From positions 3,401-67,400 of the forward strand of contig CASDRY010000143.1 in the NCBI GenBank assembly GCA_949283235.1: DNA of 64,000 nt, read 5' to 3'. Below, one piece after another: positions 8,655-17,973 of the stretch; within the stretch, counting starts at the first letter, position 1; each line of letters opens with the position of its first letter. Below the pieces are notes generated by a model. That model saw only the letters and a list, made by a program, of their open reading frames with translations, had not been told where the DNA came from and did no database searches. This DNA comes from an uncultured Spirochaetales bacterium (lineage in GTDB: Bacteria; Spirochaetota; Spirochaetia; Sphaerochaetales; Sphaerochaetaceae). Both the position numbers and the translations under genes were made by a program.

Positions 8655-9486
8655 ACTCCTCCTCGAACCATTGGTACTTCTCCGCATCATAGCTTACATC
8701 AGCAAGGTACAATCCATCAGGACTTGCAGTCCTCAGTGCCCTGTTTCTGTCCCTGCTTTCAAGGCGTGCTCCGAAACTCTCAGCACTTTCATTATCAAAG
8801 GCCGCATAGATCATGGTTCCGACCATGCTTCTCACCTGATGATAAAGAAAAGCATTCCCTGCTGTACGATACCTCAGAACAGGAGAACCGAAGTTATCAT
8901 TCATTATATCCCACTCAGAGACATATATATCCCTGACCTTCGAAGGAGATGGATCCCTGGCAGAAGCAAAAGTCGTGAAATCGTGAGTGCCCTTCAGTAA
9001 TGAAGCATAGCTATTTAGTATTGATATATCAGGGAGGAGCTTGAAAGCTGAAACCCTTTCACTATCCCAAGGCAGCATAAGAGCAGCTTCCTTCGCAAGA
9101 TACCAATACTCCCTCGACATCGTCGAGAAGCGTGCATGGAAACCCTCCGGTGCCTCGGAAGATGAGATTATCCTTATGCTTTTCGGAAGCTTTGTATTGA
9201 GGATAAGAGCAAAAAGCGAAGGTTCTATCGAGGAGGAGGTATCAAAATGGCATACCTGGGAAAGGGCATGAACTCCTCTGTCTGTACGTCCAGAACCATA
9301 TACCATCGTCTCTTTTCCAAGGATATCAGTGAGTATTTCAGATATCGTACCCTGCACAGATACAGCATTCCCCTGTGCCTGCCAGCCATGGAAAAAGGAG
9401 CCATCATATGCAAGACGGAGCATTATCCTCTTCTCACCTTCTCCAGGAAGGCTGTAATTTACAGGACGTTTCCAATCAGTTCGCAT
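8644..9486 (-). CDS. truA: tRNA pseudouridine(38-40) synthase
   Basis: RLAYDGSFFHGWQAQ and the catalytic GSGRTDRGVHA motif. The start is uncertain (ATG at 9525, 9486 or 9423); 9486 is chosen to keep the N-terminal strand. Confidence 0.85.
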   Translation of the reverse strand: MRTDWKRPVNYSLPGEGEKRIMLRLAYDGSFFHGWQAQGNAVSVQGTISEILTDILGKETMVYGSGRTDRGVHALSQVCHFDTSSSIEPSLFALILNTKLPKSIRIISSSEAPEGFHARFSTMSREYWYLAKEAALMLPWDSERVSAFKLLPDISILNSYASLLKGTHDFTTFASARDPSPSKVRDIYVSEWDIMNDNFGSPVLRYRTAGNAFLYHQVRSMVGTMIYAAFDNESAESFGARLESRDRNRALRTASPDGLYLADVSYDAEKYQWFEEEYGR

Positions 9487-9829
9487 CTTCAGCCACCACC
9501 ATAGCAACAGCTGCTTCCTTCTCATGGCTCATGGAAAGATGCAGCCTCAAGCCTTCAGCCTTCTCCTTTGCCCTGCCATAGAGAACGAAATAAGGCTTGC
9601 CGTTATCATCCTCAGCAATCTCTATCTCTGTAAGCGAAAATCCTCTTATTCCTGTTCCAAGAGCTTTTGAGAAAGCTTCTTTTGCAGAGAATCTTGCTGC
9701 ATAGTATTCAGCAGATCTTGAAGGAGCCTTTCTTATTTCCTCCTCTGTGAAGAGTCTTGAAAGAAGCTTCTCCCCCATTCCCTCAAAACGTTCAGTGGCG
9801 GAGATATCAACACCGATACCCCTTATCAT
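9476..9829 (-). CDS. acpS: holo-[acyl-carrier-protein] synthase
   Basis: MIRGIGVDI... N-terminus, about 117 aa, ...LSMSHEKEAAVAMVVAE C-terminus, all typical of AcpS. The ATG at 9829 overlaps the upstream stop by 1 nt. Confidence 0.85.
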   Translation of the reverse strand: MIRGIGVDISATERFEGMGEKLLSRLFTEEEIRKAPSRSAEYYAARFSAKEAFSKALGTGIRGFSLTEIEIAEDDNGKPYFVLYGRAKEKAEGLRLHLSMSHEKEAAVAMVVAEDAN

Positions 9830-10221
9830 CACTTCTCCTCGAAAAGTATTCTTACAGTGGATGGACGAGAACTTACAACAAGACCATCCCGGGTATAGAC
9901 ATCATCACGATAATCAAGAGAGACAGGAACTCTTACTATTCCAGGGGCATCGACAGAGGAGAAATCAGCAGTTGCTGTAATCGCGGAAGGATCTACAAGG
10001 TATATGATGCTATCAGGTCCTGTAATGACAGCATCTATAGTCTCTGGAACAAGGGACACCGCGTTATAGCTATCAGGCAGGATAACATGCAGCGGTAGCG
10101 TGACAACCCTGTCATTCACATTCATGAAGCGAACAGCAAGCACGATGAAAAGAGCGATAAGAAACGAGAAGATCTTAGGTATCCAGTTCTGCAGGACAGA
10201 TGAAAGCGCTTTATTCTTCAT
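9829..10221 (-). CDS. short YbbR/CdaR-like membrane-anchored protein
   Basis: One N-terminal TM helix plus a beta-rich domain of about 95 aa. ATGA overlap directly downstream of cdaA, which is the usual position of cdaR. It is much shorter than typical multi-domain CdaR. Confidence 0.5.
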   Translation of the reverse strand: MKNKALSSVLQNWIPKIFSFLIALFIVLAVRFMNVNDRVVTLPLHVILPDSYNAVSLVPETIDAVITGPDSIIYLVDPSAITATADFSSVDAPGIVRVPVSLDYRDDVYTRDGLVVSSRPSTVRILFEEK

Positions 10222-11039
10222 GCATTCTCCCCCTCTCCAGCCTCTTTCTGCTGAGGCTCATCTGGAAGAACATCCCTGTAGCTCAGAAGCTTGAGAAGAG
10301 TCCTCTTGATAGTCTCCGATGAAAGATCGTAATAGATGTTCGCGTTATAAGCCAGAGATATGGCTCCAGTCTCTTCTGAAACAACGAGGATAACCGCATC
10401 AGACTCCTCTGCAAGTCCTAGCGAGGCCCTATGTCTTGTTCCGAATGTAGCCTTTATATTCCTCTGCTCTGAAAGAGGAAGATAGCATGCGGCATAGGTA
10501 ATCCTACCTCCCTGCACAACACACGCACCATCATGCAGTGGCGTGTCATGATCAAAAATCGTCAGGATGAGCGTGGATGAAAGATCCGCATTAAGCTTCG
10601 TTCCTGAATCGAGGATTGACTGAATATCTGTATGGCGTGGAAAGACTATGAGGGCTCCCCTCTTTTTCTCAACAAGGATATTGCATGCGTTGAGAATGGA
10701 ATCAATCTGATCTCCTGTTGTCTGCTGTCCCCTGAAAAGCCTCGACTTTCTCGTGAAAGAGGAAGAGAAAGCCCTGCGAAGCTCCGGATGATAGAAAACA
10801 CAGAGCAGCATCAGGAACGGAACCATCAATGTCCTGATGATAGTTGTAAGAACATCAAGGCGCAGCACAATGCAAAGAAGGTAGAATACAACGATACCGA
10901 AGATAAGGCCGAAAACCTCGGTAGCTTTCGTCTCAGCAATTGCGAGATAGATTCTGTAGATAATAAAGGACAGAACGGCTACTTCCACCGCTATCCGAAG
11001 ATATTCAGACCATTCCAATCCTGCAAATACCTGAAACAC
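10218..11039 (-). CDS. cdaA: diadenylate cyclase (c-di-AMP synthase), membrane-bound CdaA type
   Basis: Three N-terminal TM helices followed by a DAC domain with DGA (LHDGACVV) and RHRAS (GTRHRASLGL) motifs. GTG start immediately after the glpK stop. Confidence 0.9.
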   Translation of the reverse strand: MFQVFAGLEWSEYLRIAVEVAVLSFIIYRIYLAIAETKATEVFGLIFGIVVFYLLCIVLRLDVLTTIIRTLMVPFLMLLCVFYHPELRRAFSSSFTRKSRLFRGQQTTGDQIDSILNACNILVEKKRGALIVFPRHTDIQSILDSGTKLNADLSSTLILTIFDHDTPLHDGACVVQGGRITYAACYLPLSEQRNIKATFGTRHRASLGLAEESDAVILVVSEETGAISLAYNANIYYDLSSETIKRTLLKLLSYRDVLPDEPQQKEAGEGENA

Positions 11040-12551
11040 TCAACACTCCTTCTCTGCTGGCATCCAACCGAGTGTACATCTGACAGCCTTCTTCCAGAAT
11101 CCTACCTTGTTTTCCCTCTCCTTGTCATCCATTGTAGGCAGCCATCTCATCTGCTCTTTCCAGTATCCTGAGAGTTCATCGAAATCCTTCCAGACCCCCA
11201 TTGTGAGGCCGGAGGCATATGCGGCACCTAGAGAGGTTGTCTCAACTATCTGGGGCCGTATGACTGGAACTTTCATGATATCAGCCTGAAAAGCCATAAG
11301 CGGAATTGAATTTGTCATGCCTCCATCGACTTTGAGGCTCTCGATTTTCAATCCGCCATCCATCTCCATAACAGAAAAAATATCATTAGCCTGGAATGCG
11401 GTCGCCTCGAGAATGGCGCGGCAGATATGAGCTCTCGTTGCGTAACCTGTGAGTCCTGCAATGACTCCACGGGCGTCGCTACGCCAATATGGAGCGAAGA
11501 GGCCGGAGAAGGCTGGAACGATGTAAACTCCTCCGTTATCCGGGACGGAAGCTGCAAGGGCATCAAGCTCTTTCGGGGATGAGACCATCTTGAGCTGGTC
11601 ACGAGCCCACTGTACAAGAGACCCCGCTACAGCGATTGAACCTTCAAATGCGTAGCTCATCTCATGCCCTTCAACCCTGTAAGCAACTGTTGTAAGAAGA
11701 CCATGCTCCGAGAAACAGGGTTTTTCCCCTATATTAGTGAGAAGGAAACATCCAGTTCCGTATGTGCACTTAGACTGTCCTGCTGAGAAACAAGCCTGAC
11801 CGAAAAGCGCAGCTTGCTGATCACCCAGGATTCCAGCAACAGGAACCGCGGCTCCGACAGGTCCTTCTGGATCTGTATAGCCATAGACAATGCCTGAAGA
11901 GGAGACTATCTCAGGAAGCATAGATTCCTTTATGCCTGTTACACGAAGCATCTCAGGATCCCATACACCCTTCTTGATATCCATAAGCATGTATCTGGAA
12001 GCATTCGTGACATCGGTCACGATAGCATCGCACCTGGTAAGCCTTGCTGTAAGATATGAGTCGATAGTTCCGAACACTATCTCCCCTCTCTCCGCGGCCT
12101 CCCTTACACGCGGGACATTATCGAGAAGCCATCTTATCTTGCTAGCTGAGAAGTATGGGGAATAAAGAAGACCTGTGCGTTCTCTTAACTCACTTTCAGG
12201 GAGAACAGCAGAAAGCTTCTTTATATACTCCTCACCCCTTATATCCTGCCAGACAATGGCATTGTAGATAGGCTTTCCTGTTATTCTCGAGTATGGGACT
12301 ATCGTCTCCCTCTGGTTTGTTATTCCTATAGCAGAGAGCATAGAGCCATCGAGCCCTGCCTTCTCGATAGCATCCGAGATAACGAAAGAGGTATTCTTCC
12401 AGATTTCCTCAGCATCATGCTCAACCCAGCCTGGGCGAGGGAAAATCTGACGGTGCTCAATCTGGGAGGATGATACTATGTCTCCCTCCTCGTTGAATAT
12501 CATAAAGCGAGTACTTGTCGTACCCTGATCAATAGAACCTACATACTTCAT
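11040..12551 (-). CDS. glpK: glycerol kinase
   Basis: N-terminal SIDQGTTSTRFMIF, 503 aa, FGGY-family motifs throughout (GDQQAALFGQ, VDGGMT). Confidence 0.92.
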   Translation of the reverse strand: MKYVGSIDQGTTSTRFMIFNEEGDIVSSSQIEHRQIFPRPGWVEHDAEEIWKNTSFVISDAIEKAGLDGSMLSAIGITNQRETIVPYSRITGKPIYNAIVWQDIRGEEYIKKLSAVLPESELRERTGLLYSPYFSASKIRWLLDNVPRVREAAERGEIVFGTIDSYLTARLTRCDAIVTDVTNASRYMLMDIKKGVWDPEMLRVTGIKESMLPEIVSSSGIVYGYTDPEGPVGAAVPVAGILGDQQAALFGQACFSAGQSKCTYGTGCFLLTNIGEKPCFSEHGLLTTVAYRVEGHEMSYAFEGSIAVAGSLVQWARDQLKMVSSPKELDALAASVPDNGGVYIVPAFSGLFAPYWRSDARGVIAGLTGYATRAHICRAILEATAFQANDIFSVMEMDGGLKIESLKVDGGMTNSIPLMAFQADIMKVPVIRPQIVETTSLGAAYASGLTMGVWKDFDELSGYWKEQMRWLPTMDDKERENKVGFWKKAVRCTLGWMPAEKEC

Positions 12552-12610
12552 TATGATAATTGTATCACAGCAGATTCATATTGTGGAAAACTCGAATATC
12601 TGGAATATGC

Positions 12611-12636
12611 AATCCCGCCCAGAGCAAGGCGGGATT
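12611..12636 (-). terminator. GC-rich hairpin after the BCCT transporter gene
   Basis: AATCCCGCC (12611..12619) pairs with GGCGGGATT (12628..12636) around an 8-nt loop, 15 nt past the stop. The trailing U-tract is weak. Confidence 0.5.
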
Positions 12637-12651
12637 ACAGGATTAATACCT

Positions 12652-14205
12652 TTAGCAGCTTTCTTTTTGTGCGGTTTCCTTATGACACTCATAAACCAGC
12701 TTAGCTGTTGAGATAATCTGCAGTATTACAAGAACAGAAAGGATACTTCCCATCGTTACAACCATGTAACGGACGCCATCATTTCCTTTACTGCCTGAAG
12801 CGAAAGCCATCAAGAGAAAGGACAGGAGTCCGATCACAACACCCCAGATTATCTTGACTGGTTTTGGAGCCTCATCTCCGATTTTCCTATCACGGATGCA
12901 GAGTGCGGAGATTACAGTCACGCTATTGTCCGCGCTAGTAGTAAATGAAATCAGCATGATGAAAAGCGTAATCGGTATCAGGACCTGGCTGAATGGAAGA
13001 TTCTTCAGAACGCTCCAGATTGCGACATATGTCCCGTTCTCAGCCATCTCTGCAGCAAGATCCACAACCCCGCTTGTCTGCATATCGATAGCAACTCCGC
13101 CGAAGATTGTCATCCAGATGATTGCAAAAACACTAGGCATAATCCAGTTGACTATCAAAGTCTCTCGGATTGTGTGACCATAGGAAAGCTGAGCAAGGAA
13201 TATTCCAGTAACTGGCGCAAAAGCCATCCAGAACATCCAATTGTAAATAGTCCACCATTTTATAAGTCCAGGACCTCCGACCTCTCCTGTATCGAATGTC
13301 CACAGCGGAAGATTCTGGATCCAGTAGCCTAGAGCGGTCACCGACTCTGAAAGAATTCTCGCTATACTGCCACCAAAGATGACAAAAATCACCATCAGGA
13401 ATATATAGAACCGGAAGTTGAGATTCGCAAAGAATTTAATGCCTTTATCAACACCGCTGACTGATGAAATCAGGTAGATTACAGTTGTAATGAACATAAT
13501 CCCCAGCATCATCAGCTTTGTTGGTTCGATTGAATAGACATTCTTCATGCATGATGTAGCAAGCCCGATAAACGTTCCGAGTGTTCCAACCAGCGCAAGA
13601 GCCAGAGAAAGCACTGCAACAGCATCAACAACCGCAGATACTCCCTTCTTGTTCGCTCTGTCTCCAAGAAGCGGCACAAGAGAACTCGATACATTGACCG
13701 GTTTATGCATGTTGTAGCAGACATAAGCAATGCTTACACCGCATACACCATAGAAGGCATATGGATAGAATGACCACTCATGGAATGTACGACCAAGCGC
13801 AAAGAGCGCAGCTTCTACAGAACCTGGCTCTATTCCATAACCATCAAGCTCTCCCCAGATTCCCTCGAAGAAAGTAATGGGCTGGGAAATCGAAGAAGAC
13901 ACAAGGCTTGCTCCGATTCCTCCTGTCAATGACATGGCGAACCAGCTCCAGAAACTATACTTAGGCTTAGCATCCTTTCCGCCGATCCTTATGTTACCAA
14001 CGCGGGTAAAAGCCATGAAGCAGCAGAGAATCACAAGAGCGAGGGTGATCAGCTGGTAGAGCCAGCCGAAATTCGCATATGCACCCTCAAATGCTCCTTG
14101 GAAGAAACTAATGAGCCATTCATTGTTCACAAGTCCTATTATTCCAGCCAGAAGCACGATACCAAAGGACGGAATGAAGACAGATAAACGAAGTCTTGTT
14201 TTCAT
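12652..14205 (-). CDS. BCCT-family (betaine/carnitine/choline-type) transporter
   Basis: About 12 TM helices and a variant of the BCCT signature, WTIYNWMFWMAFAPVTGIFLAQLSYGHTIRE. Confidence 0.8.
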   Translation of the reverse strand: MKTRLRLSVFIPSFGIVLLAGIIGLVNNEWLISFFQGAFEGAYANFGWLYQLITLALVILCCFMAFTRVGNIRIGGKDAKPKYSFWSWFAMSLTGGIGASLVSSSISQPITFFEGIWGELDGYGIEPGSVEAALFALGRTFHEWSFYPYAFYGVCGVSIAYVCYNMHKPVNVSSSLVPLLGDRANKKGVSAVVDAVAVLSLALALVGTLGTFIGLATSCMKNVYSIEPTKLMMLGIMFITTVIYLISSVSGVDKGIKFFANLNFRFYIFLMVIFVIFGGSIARILSESVTALGYWIQNLPLWTFDTGEVGGPGLIKWWTIYNWMFWMAFAPVTGIFLAQLSYGHTIRETLIVNWIMPSVFAIIWMTIFGGVAIDMQTSGVVDLAAEMAENGTYVAIWSVLKNLPFSQVLIPITLFIMLISFTTSADNSVTVISALCIRDRKIGDEAPKPVKIIWGVVIGLLSFLLMAFASGSKGNDGVRYMVVTMGSILSVLVILQIISTAKLVYECHKETAQKESC

Positions 14206-14207
14206 CC

Positions 14208-15698
14208 TCAGTTTCTCACCTTACCAGGGTCTGTCGTGTAGAACTCATAAATCTTGTTCATCACCAGACTATTATCTCTTTTGCCAGAATCAGCGCTTCT
14301 GAGCTTCCTGATACTGGAACAGATTCTCTCCTCCGCACCTTTCAGCTTCTTCTCGGAATCTTCCGCGCTCTTCTCCCATGTTGGCTCTCCGCCAATCACA
14401 GTTTTCACTACACAGCTTCTAGTTCCCTTCTGTATAAGCAGAGATACAGGATCAAGATCTGGATCAGCATATGGCTTTACAAGCTCAGAGAAGCTTATGC
14501 ATGTAAAATCCGCCTTATCACCAGAATGGAGTGTTCCTGTACAAAGCTTATTTGCAGAAACCTTCGCTCCAAGAGATGTACCCATTCTGAGGATGTCAGA
14601 CTGAGGAATCTGACCATCAACACCAACAGTACTGTTATTAAGCCATGCCACACGCATCTCACGGAGATAGTCCTGATCATCATCAAATGCGCATCCATCG
14701 AGACCGATACCTGCCGTAATATTCCTCTTCAGAACTTCCTTCATACGGAAACAGCCACTGCGAAGACGCAGATTGGACGAAGGATTGGTTACAAGAACCG
14801 CGCCAGAGGAGGCGATAAGATCCAGATCCTCATCATCCATCCATACAGAGTGCGCGAATGATACCCATGGTCCAAGGAACCCAATATCAGCATAATGCTT
14901 GATGAAGTTCTTACCCCAGGTGCGCATTGCATATTCCCTCTGATATTGAGTTTCAAGAAGATGAAGATGGATGTACATACCATTCTTCTGGGCATACTCC
15001 TTCATTGCAAGAAGCGCCTCATCGCTGCACCACTGCCCTCCATTCGGATGGAGCTGGACCTCTGTCCAACCCTCTTCGATTTCCTTGGAAAGACGGCTTC
15101 TGATTTCATCTACAAGAGCAAAATATTCATCAATGCTCATGATCCTATCATGAATACCTGATGCGAATGCTGTTCTCTGAGGCTCTGGAAGGCTTGCAAT
15201 GAAAGCATCGCGCTCGTAATAGATCCTCTTATTCTGATCAATGTAGAGAGGAGCGAGAATGCTCTTAACACCTGCATCCTTATAGCCGTGAGCTGTATCA
15301 ACCATCTCATCCGCGATCTTCGCGAAACTGTTAGGATTATGGCTATGCATAACCATTCCCACACCACATGAAGCAAGACGGCAGCCATCATAGTAGCAAG
15401 CATCGTAGTGAGGTATAGCAGGAAGCTTATTCAGATCCTGAAGCCACATCTCAAGAGGAGCATCCCATGCACCAAAGACAACTGGAGACATTCCACGACC
15501 ATGATCATGTGCATCAGTGAACGCGGGAAGAACAAACCAGTCGTTTTCATTTTCCACAGCTGCATCAGGATTTGCAGCAATAATCTCATCCGCCTTCCCA
15601 ACTGCCTTGATTTCCGCTCCATCTACAAGCATCGCGGAATCCGTAAGGAGCTTCGCTCCATCCCAGATATATTTCGGAACGATAACAGTCTTCTTCAT
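14208..15698 (-). CDS. metal-dependent amidohydrolase superfamily enzyme (deaminase/hydrolase-like)
   Basis: HxH metal motif in LPAFTDAHDHGRG. Size and later His/Asp pattern (HLHLLET, ...LGLDGCAFDDD) fit the amidohydrolase fold. Start set at the ATG at 15698, which has GAGGAGGAG upstream. Confidence 0.7.
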   Translation of the reverse strand: MKKTVIVPKYIWDGAKLLTDSAMLVDGAEIKAVGKADEIIAANPDAAVENENDWFVLPAFTDAHDHGRGMSPVVFGAWDAPLEMWLQDLNKLPAIPHYDACYYDGCRLASCGVGMVMHSHNPNSFAKIADEMVDTAHGYKDAGVKSILAPLYIDQNKRIYYERDAFIASLPEPQRTAFASGIHDRIMSIDEYFALVDEIRSRLSKEIEEGWTEVQLHPNGGQWCSDEALLAMKEYAQKNGMYIHLHLLETQYQREYAMRTWGKNFIKHYADIGFLGPWVSFAHSVWMDDEDLDLIASSGAVLVTNPSSNLRLRSGCFRMKEVLKRNITAGIGLDGCAFDDDQDYLREMRVAWLNNSTVGVDGQIPQSDILRMGTSLGAKVSANKLCTGTLHSGDKADFTCISFSELVKPYADPDLDPVSLLIQKGTRSCVVKTVIGGEPTWEKSAEDSEKKLKGAEERICSSIRKLRSADSGKRDNSLVMNKIYEFYTTDPGKVRN

Positions 15699-15708
15699 AC
15701 TCTCCTCC

Positions 15709-16491
15709 TCATTCCTTTGCAGGACGCTTATAGTTGAGGTAGAGAGCTGCCTCCGAACCTCCATCAACGACTATCGTCTGACCAGTGATAGCTCTAGCTT
15801 CATCACTTGCGAGGAAGAGAGCGGTATTAGCGATATCCTCAGGCTGGATTTCAAAAGGAGCTGGCTGATACTTATCAAGGAAGCGCTGTCTTGCTTCGCC
15901 TTCGAAACCATTATTAAGCGGTGTGTTCACAAAACCCGGGCATATTGTGTTGCAGCGGATATTGCTTCTTGCAAAGTCAATTGCAACAGAACGTGTGATG
16001 CTGATAGCACCAGCTTTGGCAGCAGAATATCCAATCTTGTTAGGTGTCGGGCGAATACCATAAGTTCCGCTGAGTATGATAATAACACCACCACCCTGCT
16101 TTTCCATATATGGGATTGAATACTTACAGCCAAGGAACACGCTGTACATATCGAGCTCTACAACTTTCTTGAAATCAGCAAATGTTGTAGTTGTAGCAGT
16201 TCCCACAGGACTGATACCAGCAATTGTGAAGTAGACATCGATGTGTCCGAACTCTCTTGCTATATCAGCAAAAAGATTCTCCATCTGATCTTCCTGTGTG
16301 ATATCAACCTGATAAGCCTTGGCTTTTCCACCAGCTTCCGTGACAAGCTTTACAGTCTCTTCTGCCCCTTTGATATTGATATCCACAACACAGACAGTTG
16401 CACCCTCTGCTGCGAATTTCTGGGAAGATACCCTTCCCATTCCAGAACCACCACCAGCAATAACAACTACTTTATCATCAAAACGACTCAT
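15709..16491 (-). CDS. short-chain dehydrogenase/reductase (SDR)
   Basis: Cofactor motif IAGGGSGMG, catalytic YSAAK, NAG-like TIAG. Confidence 0.85.
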   Translation of the reverse strand: MSRFDDKVVVIAGGGSGMGRVSSQKFAAEGATVCVVDINIKGAEETVKLVTEAGGKAKAYQVDITQEDQMENLFADIAREFGHIDVYFTIAGISPVGTATTTTFADFKKVVELDMYSVFLGCKYSIPYMEKQGGGVIIILSGTYGIRPTPNKIGYSAAKAGAISITRSVAIDFARSNIRCNTICPGFVNTPLNNGFEGEARQRFLDKYQPAPFEIQPEDIANTALFLASDEARAITGQTIVVDGGSEAALYLNYKRPAKE

Positions 16492-16508
16492 TTCTTTATC
16501 TCCTTATA

Positions 16509-17792
16509 TCAACCAAATGCAGGGAAGATTGTCATAGCTATACCAACACCGACAACTCCACGGATAATTGCAGGAACAAGACCTACCTTGAGTATTGTCT
16601 TCTGGGTATATCCACCAGCCTGCATAGCCATAGGAACAACAGGATTTGGCATAGGTGTGATAAGAGAAGACATGGAAGCAAGGGAACAAAGGATAACCGG
16701 TCCTCTTGGGTCGCATCCGAGGGAACCACATGTAATGACAAGAATAGGGATAAGAACCGTTGTTGTTGCCTTGTTGTAAAGGAACGATGTCATCAGGAAG
16801 GATACGATATAGAATACTGCTCCGATAATATATCCATTGTGCACATGTGAAAGAAGTGAAGCGGCAGCATCTCCAAGGATGTTTGCAGCACCGGTATTTC
16901 CAAGTGCAGTACCCATTACAGTAACACCTGCATAGAGAAGGACCATGCTCATATTCATCTTGATAAGTGCGGTCTTCTCATCAAGAACACCTGACATTAC
17001 GATTACCGCAGCACCTGCCATTGTGACAGCCCATGATGGAAGTCCAGCCATGAGACCAATTACAACAAGGATGAATACACCATAGCCAAGTACTTCATGA
17101 ACCTTTGAAAGCGGCTCCTGATCAGTAAGACTTGCTCCAGTGATAGCTGATGTAGGAATCTCTGGCTCATCCGGCATCATCTTCGGAAGAATGAAGATTG
17201 CAACGAGAAGAGTAACAAGCGCGGTAGGAAGGAAGACAAGAGTCTCGCTCCACATCTGAAGAGGAGCACCTGTCCATCCATAGGAGGAGAGATAACCATT
17301 CTGTGTTACATACCATGCGGCATATGGTCCGATTGGCTCGATAACAAAAGAAGTTGAAACAACTGTGACCGCAATCGGATACATCATCTTCGAGTGGCTT
17401 ACCTTAAGCTGCTTGCACATATTCACAACAAGCGGATAAACCATCGCAAAAAGAGCAGGAAGGCTCGGAACGAACTGGCCCAGAATGAAGATGACGAGGA
17501 TGTATGAAGCAAGAATCTTGGTGAAGGAACCATTGTTGATTCTGTAAAGCAGCTTTGTAATGTTACTTACCATCTGCGTTCTTGCAAGTCCTGCAGCAAC
17601 AATGAACATTCCAGCCATTGTAAGTACGTTGTTGTTTCCGAATCCCGCGAATACAGCATTTGCATCTACACAACCCGTCACATACAAAGCAACAATGACA
17701 CCCATGCTGGTAAATGACATAGGAATCTTCCGATTGAAGAACAGAACAATCATCACAACAAAGATGATCAGACAAACAGCCATTGAACTCAT
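16509..17792 (-). CDS. SLC13/DASS- or CitMHS-like anion permease (ArsB/NhaD superfamily)
   Basis: Polytopic membrane protein of about 427 aa with the two-repeat hydrophobic architecture of this superfamily. Start set at the ATG at 17792, which has GGAGGAG 5 nt upstream. Confidence 0.6.
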   Translation of the reverse strand: MSSMAVCLIIFVVMIVLFFNRKIPMSFTSMGVIVALYVTGCVDANAVFAGFGNNNVLTMAGMFIVAAGLARTQMVSNITKLLYRINNGSFTKILASYILVIFILGQFVPSLPALFAMVYPLVVNMCKQLKVSHSKMMYPIAVTVVSTSFVIEPIGPYAAWYVTQNGYLSSYGWTGAPLQMWSETLVFLPTALVTLLVAIFILPKMMPDEPEIPTSAITGASLTDQEPLSKVHEVLGYGVFILVVIGLMAGLPSWAVTMAGAAVIVMSGVLDEKTALIKMNMSMVLLYAGVTVMGTALGNTGAANILGDAAASLLSHVHNGYIIGAVFYIVSFLMTSFLYNKATTTVLIPILVITCGSLGCDPRGPVILCSLASMSSLITPMPNPVVPMAMQAGGYTQKTILKVGLVPAIIRGVVGVGIAMTIFPAFG

Positions 17793-17973
17793 GGCCTCTC
17801 CTCCGAAACACACCAGATCCTTTTCCACGAATCCGAGACATCGTTTCTTTTAAATAGATTATTTTTTATCGATATTTAAACCATAGATTTACCTTTTGTA
17901 AAACGAAATGTTATCAATAAAAAGTTGACATTTTATCAACAATAAAATACATGAATAACAAGGAAGAACAGTC

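Noticed and set aside
17793-17973. Searched the LysR/permease divergent region for a T-N11-A LysR box. Noted ATAGATT twice (17854.., 17884..), the ATCGAT palindrome at 17869, and TTATCAA twice.
   Set aside because: The region is so AT-rich that several weak dyads can be drawn, and none stands out. I cannot assign an operator without comparative data.
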